A stretch of DNA of 64,000 nucleotides from Myxococcota bacterium (GTDB lineage: Bacteria; Myxococcota_A; SURF-8): the NCBI GenBank assembly GCA_965140415.1, contig OZ223209.1, positions 2,624,001 to 2,688,000 on the forward strand, in the 5' to 3' direction. Numbering within the stretch: the first letter of the stretch is position 1; every line of letters starts with the position of its first letter. The translations under genes and the position numbers were made by a program. The notes under the pieces are model-generated. The model did no database searches. It was not told the DNA's origin and saw nothing but the letters and a program-made list of their open reading frames with translations. Below are positions 56,566 through 64,000 of the stretch, piece after piece.

Positions 56566-58586
56566 GACATAAACTTTTCAAGCAAGAAGTTTTCGACAAA
56601 TCCGCGACCAAGCCTGACCTTGCGGTAAGAATTGGCAATCGCGATCTCCTGTTTACGAACCAGAAACGGTGTTGCATCGGCGATGAATGCACCCAGTAAT
56701 GGGCTTTGCAGACTTCTATACTGACGAACAATGCGTTCCGCTTGATCCATTTTGGTTGTACCCGACCTAAAGACAAGAATCACGGCTTCGACAAGGGGTA
56801 CTAATTCAATGACTTGAACGAATTCAAACGCCGGAGGTGTATCGATAAGAACTAAATCGTATTGCTGCTGCAACTGTTCGATCAAGCCGACCAGGCGGTT
56901 GTTGGAGAATACATCCAAGTCCGTAGCATTACGCAAACCTGCGAACAACTGATCCGGTGCGCCATCCTGTCCCCGTCGAATTAGATTTTCTGAGAAGTCG
57001 TTCTTTTTCAATTCTTCCAGTAGTAATGGCGGTGCGGTGTTTTCCGGGTGCAGGGAGAAATCCGCATAAAGAACCTTCCGGCCTCTCTTTGCAAACGCTT
57101 CGGCTAGATTACGGGTAACTGTCGTTAAACCGCTACTTGTTGTCGGTGCGAAAAAGGCTAAGGTTTTCTTGCCTTGAAAACGCTTCTCCACCGATAGCGT
57201 GGAAACGATGGGCCGGTACATGTTGACTTCTCTGTGGGGCGCATCGAGTGGGGCTAGCGGATCGTGCAGGTGCTGCCCCAGGATCGGCAAGTCGTAGCGG
57301 TTGTAGATCTCTTTGGCGCTTTTTAGTCTGCGGTTGAAAAACTCCTGGGCCAGAATTACAAAGAGGGCAAACATCAGCCCCAATATCGGCATGGCGGCAG
57401 CAACAAGTTTTGCCTTGGAGGTTTCAGGATACTTTGGAGGAACCGCTTGCTCGATAATGCGAAACTCTCCTAATGGCTCACGTGTGATGGCAGCCGCTTC
57501 TTCACGACGCGCTGATAGATCACCCAAGGCCTGCTTGGCAAATATATAGTCCTGCTGGATGGTGAGAAACCCTTTTTCGTTTTCACTAAGTTTTTTCAAC
57601 TTGCCTTGCATATTTTCCAACTGTTGCTGAAAATTACGAAGGCGGCTGGCTGCGGCGCTACGCTGGGCAGTGAGTCGGGATTTTTCCTCTAGCGCAATGG
57701 TTTTATACACGGCGTTGATTTCGGCCTTTTGCTTGGCGATGATCGGGTTGTCATCGGTGTAGCGCGAGCGCAACTCGTCCAATTGGCTTTGCAGTTCGCG
57801 CATCTGTTGACCTCCGGTGCTGTTTTCACTGAGCTGTCCGATTCTTACGTTATCCGTATCCAAACTCCGAAGCTGTTGGTTCAACGCGATCAACTCAACG
57901 CGGGCGTTTTCGATTTCGCCTTTTAATTCGGATTCTTTCTGCAAGGAAAGGTCGGTTTCTACATCCAGTTTGACGATCCCGTGCTTTTTCCGAAATTCAG
58001 AAAGTTTTTCGGACGTTTCGGAGTATTTTTTCTGGGCTTGTTCCACGAGTATGTCGATTTTTTCCAGCGCTTCTTTGGCTTGTCTGCGGCGCAGGTTCAA
58101 AAGGTATTCCGCAAACACTTGAGCCGTGACATTCGCCAGCTTGACTGCCTTTTCCGGACTATCCAATGTTCCGGAAATGTTGATGAGATTGGAGTTCGAC
58201 GCGCGTGAAAGCGTGATTTTCCCTGCCAGATCGTGAATGTCTCCTTCGACTTCGATGCGCTTTTTGATTTCGATGAGATTGGAAGGAAGTTTGATGGTGT
58301 CCACTAAGGTGTCGATATTGGTTGCAGGCAACTCGAAGTGAGCGCCTTCACCCATCACCACGCCTTTTGCCGGGGCAGAGCGGAGAATGACAGCAGTGGC
58401 CGTATAGGCACGCCCACGAAGATACAGCGCGCCTGTGATTCCGATAATCAGGAAAAAGAGAGAGAACGCTGCGATGAAGCGCCAACGCTGAATGACAACC
58501 AGCAGAAAACGGCGCAAGTCGATATTTTTAAGAGGATTTTCCTCTTCGGTTGCCAGTTTCGGATCTGTGTTGAAAGGTTCCGCCAT
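56562..58586 (-). CDS. Polysaccharide co-polymerase (Wzc/GumC-like) with degenerate BY-kinase domain
   Basis: Two TMs flanking a coiled coil, YTDDNP, IIEQAVPP, LPILG, YDLVLIDTPP; Walker A reads SSGLTT. Confidence 0.88.
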   Translation of the reverse strand: MAEPFNTDPKLATEEENPLKNIDLRRFLLVVIQRWRFIAAFSLFFLIIGITGALYLRGRAYTATAVILRSAPAKGVVMGEGAHFELPATNIDTLVDTIKLPSNLIEIKKRIEVEGDIHDLAGKITLSRASNSNLINISGTLDSPEKAVKLANVTAQVFAEYLLNLRRRQAKEALEKIDILVEQAQKKYSETSEKLSEFRKKHGIVKLDVETDLSLQKESELKGEIENARVELIALNQQLRSLDTDNVRIGQLSENSTGGQQMRELQSQLDELRSRYTDDNPIIAKQKAEINAVYKTIALEEKSRLTAQRSAAASRLRNFQQQLENMQGKLKKLSENEKGFLTIQQDYIFAKQALGDLSARREEAAAITREPLGEFRIIEQAVPPKYPETSKAKLVAAAMPILGLMFALFVILAQEFFNRRLKSAKEIYNRYDLPILGQHLHDPLAPLDAPHREVNMYRPIVSTLSVEKRFQGKKTLAFFAPTTSSGLTTVTRNLAEAFAKRGRKVLYADFSLHPENTAPPLLLEELKKNDFSENLIRRGQDGAPDQLFAGLRNATDLDVFSNNRLVGLIEQLQQQYDLVLIDTPPAFEFVQVIELVPLVEAVILVFRSGTTKMDQAERIVRQYRSLQSPLLGAFIADATPFLVRKQEIAIANSYRKVRLGRGFVENFLLEKFMS

Positions 58587-58601
58587 CGATTACTGCCCCG
58601 T

Positions 58602-59753
58602 TTATTGCATCAGGATGCGCAAAGTTTCTTGTGTGCTACGTTGCCAACTGAATGAAGCCGCTCGTTCCGGTCCGTTTTTTTTCGCTGCTTTTCGGAAGTC
58701 CTCGTCGAACAATCCGATTTCAAGCGCTGTGGCGATACTGCGTTCGTCTTGCGGGTCGAATAGTCTTCCCGCATCGCCGACCACTTCCGGCAGCGATGTT
58801 CGATTGCTGGCTACCACCGGAATGCCGGAAGCCATCGCTTCGATGGCCGGAATGCCGAAACCTTCAAACAGCGAAGGAAAAGCCAACAAATCCGAAGCGT
58901 TATAGACGTATGGCAGTAGCTCATCGGAGACCATGCCACAGAATCGCACGCGCGAAGATAATCCGAGTTGCTTTACTTCCCTATATATATCGGCAGCGCC
59001 GTTCCAATCTTTTCCACAAAATACAAGATGATGAGATAAATCAGGATGTTGCTGAAGCAAGCGGGCGTAGCCGCGAAGCAGGCCGACGTGATTTTTTCCA
59101 GGATGTTCGAGCCGGGCGACGTACAGAATGAATGGCTCCGGCAAGTCGAGTTTCCCCGAGAGCCGCTGTCGCGCTTCCGACTTATTTCGTGGCTGAAATG
59201 CGCTGTGATCGACCCCGTTATGCACAACGGAAATCCGTTTGGAATCCACCCCGGCGTGCATAAGCAGATCATTGCGAGTGGCATCACTTACTGAAATGAT
59301 TTTCGTGGCCTGCCGCCACATGCGGGGAAGCCACCGGGTTACATACAGGGTACGCGATTTCCCATATTTTTCAGGCATGTGAAAAGGCGCCAGGTCGTGA
59401 ACCGTTGCAATGACCTTGTAGCGTCCCAAAGGAGCTTCGGGGCTCATGCGTCGATTGCCCGCCGGTAGAAACAGCACATTCAGGCGGTGAAGCAGAGCCT
59501 GCACCGGTAGTATCGAGGTGTGCCAGAAAAGATTGCCGGTGACTCCCTTGTATACTTCCGGCACGGCAACGAAACGCGTTTGTGAATCGAGATCGAGAAT
59601 CTCGCGTTCGGAATCGAAACCGAATACGGTTAGTTTGATATCCTGACTGTGCGATAGCGCTTTAATTTGTTGCCGGATATACACACCAATGCCGGAAGCG
59701 CCCCCTTCCAAGGGCATCGCTGGAACACCAAGCTGTAGCAGTCGTTCACTCAT
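58602..59753 (-). CDS. Glycosyltransferase family 4
   Basis: TVHDL, VHNGVD, FPSLFEGFGIPAIEAMASG. Confidence 0.93.
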   Translation of the reverse strand: MSERLLQLGVPAMPLEGGASGIGVYIRQQIKALSHSQDIKLTVFGFDSEREILDLDSQTRFVAVPEVYKGVTGNLFWHTSILPVQALLHRLNVLFLPAGNRRMSPEAPLGRYKVIATVHDLAPFHMPEKYGKSRTLYVTRWLPRMWRQATKIISVSDATRNDLLMHAGVDSKRISVVHNGVDHSAFQPRNKSEARQRLSGKLDLPEPFILYVARLEHPGKNHVGLLRGYARLLQQHPDLSHHLVFCGKDWNGAADIYREVKQLGLSSRVRFCGMVSDELLPYVYNASDLLAFPSLFEGFGIPAIEAMASGIPVVASNRTSLPEVVGDAGRLFDPQDERSIATALEIGLFDEDFRKAAKKNGPERAASFSWQRSTQETLRILMQ

Positions 59754-59759
59754 AATAAT

Positions 59760-60950
59760 TTACAAACGATCACTCGTTCCCTTCCGGCGACGAATGCCGC
59801 CTTCTACCACACGGGAAATCAAATTCTCGAACTTATCTAAATATACACAAAATTTATAGTAATTATCAAACATTTTTCTACTATTATTACCTAAATCAGC
59901 AAGTAACTTGTTATCATTCAGCAGCCAGTCGAGATGGCGTCCAAGCGTTCGCCAGTCTCCTTCGGCAGCGCCCAAGCCATTGACGCCATGCCATAGCCAG
60001 TCGCGGATACCGCCCACGTTGAAGGCAACGACGGGACGTCCCGCCGCCATGGCTTCCACACCGACCATCCCGAAAGGTTCCGGCCAGCGAGATGGAACGG
60101 CAACGATAGACGCTCCCTCCAGTCGGGCTGTGCATTCGCTGTGTGAAAGATGTCCCAGGAAGTGAATCCATTCCCGAAAGCCTAACTCTTCTGTCAACTC
60201 TTCCAGTTCCTGCCGCATATTGCCATCACCGATGATCCACAATTGCCAGGGTGGAGTGACTTGCGTCATGGCTTTCAGGAGTGAATCCACCCCTTTACCC
60301 CGAATCAACTGGCCGAGATAGTAGATGGTGCGGGCATTGCCATCGACGGGTGTGGCTTTTCGATCCAGATCGCCCGGCAGAGGCGGAAGAATTTCGATGC
60401 GCTCGGCAGGTAGGCCGTTTTTGATCAGTTCATCACGCATGAAGTTGCTGGCCACAATGAGTCTGTCCAGGTCGTGATGTGCGCGGATATCCTGAAGCCT
60501 TGCAGAAATATCGAGCAGTTGCAGCTTGCCCGAAGAGGAACGTCCAACCAGACAGCCATGACGAACGCAGGCGCTTCCCGCCGCTTCGTGACAGATTTGT
60601 TTACTCAACGGAAAATACTTGTGGCGGCGCGGGCAGGTCAGGTTGTGGTCGTGAACGACACGAACGACGGGACAGGGTAGCTCGTAAGGAGGTGCAATAT
60701 CCGAAAATGGTTGATGAAGTATGAGAATGTCGGGTGATTGCTCGGACACAAGCCGGGTCAAGTCCGCTTGATTTGACAGCGCATGATGATCGGAAAAAGG
60801 GGAGAGATAATCGGGTTGTGCAGGATAGTCGCTGGAATGCAACAGCGTTTGCGTGTGACCGCGCTCGGACAGACCGCTCGTCAGTGCGAACAGGTTCTGT
60901 TCGATCCCTCCCATAAAGTGTGCTCTCTCACTGACATGCCAGATGTTCAT
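59760..60950 (-). CDS. Glycosyltransferase family 4
   Basis: GGIE, HDHNLTCP, KGVD, PSRWPEPFGMVGVEAMAAG. Confidence 0.92.
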   Translation of the reverse strand: MNIWHVSERAHFMGGIEQNLFALTSGLSERGHTQTLLHSSDYPAQPDYLSPFSDHHALSNQADLTRLVSEQSPDILILHQPFSDIAPPYELPCPVVRVVHDHNLTCPRRHKYFPLSKQICHEAAGSACVRHGCLVGRSSSGKLQLLDISARLQDIRAHHDLDRLIVASNFMRDELIKNGLPAERIEILPPLPGDLDRKATPVDGNARTIYYLGQLIRGKGVDSLLKAMTQVTPPWQLWIIGDGNMRQELEELTEELGFREWIHFLGHLSHSECTARLEGASIVAVPSRWPEPFGMVGVEAMAAGRPVVAFNVGGIRDWLWHGVNGLGAAEGDWRTLGRHLDWLLNDNKLLADLGNNSRKMFDNYYKFCVYLDKFENLISRVVEGGIRRRKGTSDRL

Positions 60951-60964
60951 CGGCTACCACCGGG

Positions 60965-62197
60965 TTACTTGTCGTGTAGAATCTCTTCGTACGTGTTGAC
61001 GATATCTTGCGTGATGCGACTCCAGGAATAGGACTGGACCGCCGTGCGATGACCGTTCTCGGCCAAGCGATTGGCGAATTCCAGATCGGACAACAGCTCG
61101 CTGATTGCCTGACTCAGTTCGTCCGATGAATTTGGCTCGATCTGCTTTCCGTTTTGGCCGTCCGTGACGAGTCGTCCCAAGCCGCCAATATTTGAGGCGA
61201 TGACCGGCAATCCGGCGCTCCAGGCTTCCAAAACAACAATGCCGAAGGGTTCATGCCGCGAGGACAGGGCGAAGACGTCGGCTGCCGCATAGGCATCCGC
61301 CAATTCCGCAGAACCGTGCGGCAGAGCGGGGAGCAGGTGCACCCTGTCGGCCACGCCCGATTTCCGGGCATCGTCCAGCATGCGATCGGCATAGGCGGCA
61401 TCCGTAACCGGACCGATTAAGACGACATGCACCGCCGGTTCCTTGATGGAAAGCTTGGGGAGTGCTTGAACCAGGGCCAGTTGGTTTTTTTGCGGGTCGA
61501 TGCGGCTGATACAGAGAATCACCCGATCTTCCTCTTTCAGACCATATCGTTTCCGAAAGCCCTGGCCGTCGCCATGGGCGTAGCGTTCGGGATGTACGCC
61601 GTTGGGCATGTGAAGAACGCGCTGACCGGGCATCCGCTGCCGTAGTTCGTCGGCTTCTTCTGCATTGACGCAGAATACGGCGTCTGCCCGTTCAAGCAGG
61701 CTGCGGGAGCCTAATAATGCGCCTAATGCCTTGCCCCATTCCAGCTTGCCTTGAATCGGTGCGAGCAGGTCACGGCGCTCCTCATCGGGAACGTTCAACA
61801 CGCCGCCATGCAGGGTGATGACATAGGGACGTTTATGAATCCTTGCAGCGCTAGCCACTTCTGCTCCGAAGCGCTTTCCGGTGTGCAGATGGTAAATATC
61901 GAAAGGACGGGTTCCGAGCAGTGCCGCAAACAGGCTGGCGGAAATGAGGTTGCCGCCTTTCTTGTCCATCGCCAATTGGGCCTGAGTATCAAGACCAAAG
62001 AAAGGATAGTGGTGCTTGAAACGTCGCACCACCAGACCGTCGATCAGCGCCGTTCCCGGCTTCGAAAGAGCTGCCGAGGTCCACAATTCCGTTTCGTGCC
62101 CCATATCTACCAGTTCGCGTGAAAACTCGCGAATGACAGTCTCGGTGCCGCCCCATTCCTGGGGCAGGTAGCGGCGGGCGGTTTGCAGAACGCGCAT
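60965..62197 (-). CDS. Glycosyltransferase family 4
   Basis: Start MRVLQ at 62197; GGTE, PNGV, RIDPQKNQ, SRHEPFGIVVLEAWSAG. Confidence 0.92.
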   Translation of the reverse strand: MRVLQTARRYLPQEWGGTETVIREFSRELVDMGHETELWTSAALSKPGTALIDGLVVRRFKHHYPFFGLDTQAQLAMDKKGGNLISASLFAALLGTRPFDIYHLHTGKRFGAEVASAARIHKRPYVITLHGGVLNVPDEERRDLLAPIQGKLEWGKALGALLGSRSLLERADAVFCVNAEEADELRQRMPGQRVLHMPNGVHPERYAHGDGQGFRKRYGLKEEDRVILCISRIDPQKNQLALVQALPKLSIKEPAVHVVLIGPVTDAAYADRMLDDARKSGVADRVHLLPALPHGSAELADAYAAADVFALSSRHEPFGIVVLEAWSAGLPVIASNIGGLGRLVTDGQNGKQIEPNSSDELSQAISELLSDLEFANRLAENGHRTAVQSYSWSRITQDIVNTYEEILHDK

Positions 62198-62199
62198 GC

Positions 62200-63459
62200 T
62201 TATTGCCCCTGCCGTTTGAGCCGGTGAAACCACGACTTTTTCGGCCAGCGGCGCACGGTATCGGACAGAAACGATTCCAATTCCTCAAAATAGCGACGTT
62301 CCGAAAAGCGTTGCGAGACGGTATGGCGTCCACCTTCTGCCAGTTTCCGGCGCAAGTCGCCATCTTCGATTACCTGGCGGATGTGTCGGGCCAACTCGTG
62401 TGCGTCTTCCGCCTCGAAAGTCAATGCGTTTTCGCCATGATGCAGGAACTCCGCCGGACCTCCGCGCGTGGTGCTGATTACCGGAATGGCGCAGGACATG
62501 GCTTCCAGATGGGTCAGGCCAAAAGGTTCTTTCCAGATCGAGGAGAACACGAACAGGTCGTGGTCGCGGTAGATCGTGGGAAGGTTGTTGCGTTTCACCT
62601 TCCCCCAGAGACGGACGCGTTCGCCCAGACCATATTGCCCTATCATGGTTTCCAGGCGTTTCCGATATTCTGCCGTTCCCTCGCCAATGATGTTCAACTC
62701 GGCAAGAACTCCTTGTTTAGACAGCAGGTTAAGTGCTTCGATGATCGTATGAACGCCCTTGTATTCGTGTACCTGCCCGACATAAAGCAGGCGGGCGGGA
62801 CGATGCAAATGACCGGGATTTGCAGTCGGTGTGAAAAAGTCGGGATCGACACCTTGGTAGATGATGTGGGCGTCTTTCACCGGTGCGCCTTTTTCCAGCA
62901 TTTCATCGACCAGGGATTGGCTAAGCGCCGTGATCCAGGGCATACGCAGACCAAGGTAAGTATTGCGCCGACACAAACTGCGATCCAGTGCGAACCGGGC
63001 GGCATTGCGTGGAGCCAGTCCCAGTTTCGGTGGTGTATACGCTTCCAGGAAGTCATCGTTCAGCGTGACGGCATAAGGCACATCCAGACTTTCAGCCGCA
63101 CGCAGCGCGCCAAGCGTCAAGCGGCGCTGGCTCCAGAAAAACACCACATCCGGGCGCAAGCGTCGGATGGCTTGTTTGGTGATCCATTCGTTTTCCACGC
63201 CGAGGCGCAGCTTTTTCAAACGAGCGGAGCGCGGGGGCTGATCGAAGGGGGGAAACAGGCGCAGTTCGCGTCGAATGGATTCCCCATGACGGCCAATAGA
63301 AGGTAATTCCCCGGTTTTCTGTGGAATGCGATAGTCGCTGGTGAGCACGGAAACGTCGTGACCGCTACGGATCAACGAACCGGTTACAGCTTCGCATAGA
63401 ATCTCGTATCCCCCTAAAACGACCGGTGGATAGAGGTTGGAGACAACCAGGATCTTCAT
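62200..63459 (-). CDS. Glycosyltransferase family 4
   Basis: SNLYPP..GGYE, KGVHT, SIWKEPFGLTHLEAM. Confidence 0.92.
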   Translation of the reverse strand: MKILVVSNLYPPVVLGGYEILCEAVTGSLIRSGHDVSVLTSDYRIPQKTGELPSIGRHGESIRRELRLFPPFDQPPRSARLKKLRLGVENEWITKQAIRRLRPDVVFFWSQRRLTLGALRAAESLDVPYAVTLNDDFLEAYTPPKLGLAPRNAARFALDRSLCRRNTYLGLRMPWITALSQSLVDEMLEKGAPVKDAHIIYQGVDPDFFTPTANPGHLHRPARLLYVGQVHEYKGVHTIIEALNLLSKQGVLAELNIIGEGTAEYRKRLETMIGQYGLGERVRLWGKVKRNNLPTIYRDHDLFVFSSIWKEPFGLTHLEAMSCAIPVISTTRGGPAEFLHHGENALTFEAEDAHELARHIRQVIEDGDLRRKLAEGGRHTVSQRFSERRYFEELESFLSDTVRRWPKKSWFHRLKRQGQ

Positions 63460-64000
63460 TTTTCCCCCGATAGCCGCAGGCGTTCTTCAAGCGGGGCCGC
63501 CATTAACTTGTAAATATCCTGAATGCGGACGATGTCTTCCGGGATCTCCCGACTGGACATCAATGAGGCATTGGAAGAGGGCGCTTGCGGATGGTAGCCG
63601 TGCATGGCGGTGATGGGGCGCTGTCCCATGAAACTGGGGACGATCAGGTGGCCCTCGTCCAGCATGAAAAAGAGTTCGCCGTATTTCGAGTCGGGATAAT
63701 ACACCCCATAGCGTTCCAAGGTGTCCTGGCTGAGGATTTCACCCTCGGCGTGCTGGTTAAGCAGGTCTATGACCGAGGAGCGCGCATCCTGGTTCATAAA
63801 CCAGAAGCGAGCCATGGTGGAATCGTAAACCGCAGCGTAATCCTTGCCGAAACGGTAGCCTAACCGATCGATGTCGCGCCAGAGTTCGTGATAGGTGTGC
63901 GTATTGGCCATGCCATGATCGCTGAAAACGTACAGGTCGTAGTCTGCGTAGTGATCCGCTGCATGTTCGAATATGGTGGTCAGGCGTTTACGATAGAGGT
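63456..64000 (-). CDS. Alkaline phosphatase superfamily (NPP/phosphodiesterase-like) protein, 5'-truncated by the window edge
   Basis: Frame is open to the window end; VFSDHGM and MHGYHP motifs; DSTMARFW. Confidence 0.8.
   Translation of the reverse strand, partial: LYRKRLTTIFEHAADHYADYDLYVFSDHGMANTHTYHELWRDIDRLGYRFGKDYAAVYDSTMARFWFMNQDARSSVIDLLNQHAEGEILSQDTLERYGVYYPDSKYGELFFMLDEGHLIVPSFMGQRPITAMHGYHPQAPSSNASLMSSREIPEDIVRIQDIYKLMAAPLEERLRLSGEK

Overview
64-kb chromosomal window of roughly mid-50% GC (judged by eye) from a bacterium that looks Myxococcota/deltaproteobacteria-like. That placement is an inference from the gspC-N gene order, a MYXO-CTERM-like sorting signal, DGD-linker lipoproteins and pyrRBC. 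From left to right: several lipoprotein genes, ispG, a tandem pair of Cys-rich DGD-repeat lipoproteins, a mosaic 870-aa lipoprotein, pyrR-pyrB-pyrC with a leader terminator, an MBL hydrolase coupled to a secreted DUF4185/GH183-like protein, and a complete type II secretion operon (gspCDEFGHIJKLMN plus a lipoprotein). The gsp operon is preceded by a textbook sigma54 promoter, an IHF site and two enhancer-like palindromes, with an NtrC-family activator and ihfB nearby. Next come tRNA-Arg(CCT), miaB, a pssA-like gene, miaA, mutL, a 1237-aa lipase-like lipoprotein, an HTH-PilZ fusion regulator and a MYXO-CTERM-like surface protein. A hybrid kinase/STAS/RsbW partner-switch module then converges on the 3' half of an exopolysaccharide operon rich in apparent pseudo-enzymes: three PGT domains with only one intact, a pseudo-nucleotidyltransferase, a Wzc pseudokinase and an OPX lacking its C-terminal helix. 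No CRISPR array, IS, integrase, prophage or rRNA was seen. The best candidates for undescribed systems are the EPS pseudo-enzyme/partner-switch locus, the sigma54-enhancer-controlled T2SS with its candidate cargo, and the HTH-PilZ regulator next to a nested palindrome. All family calls are from motif recognition, not database searches.
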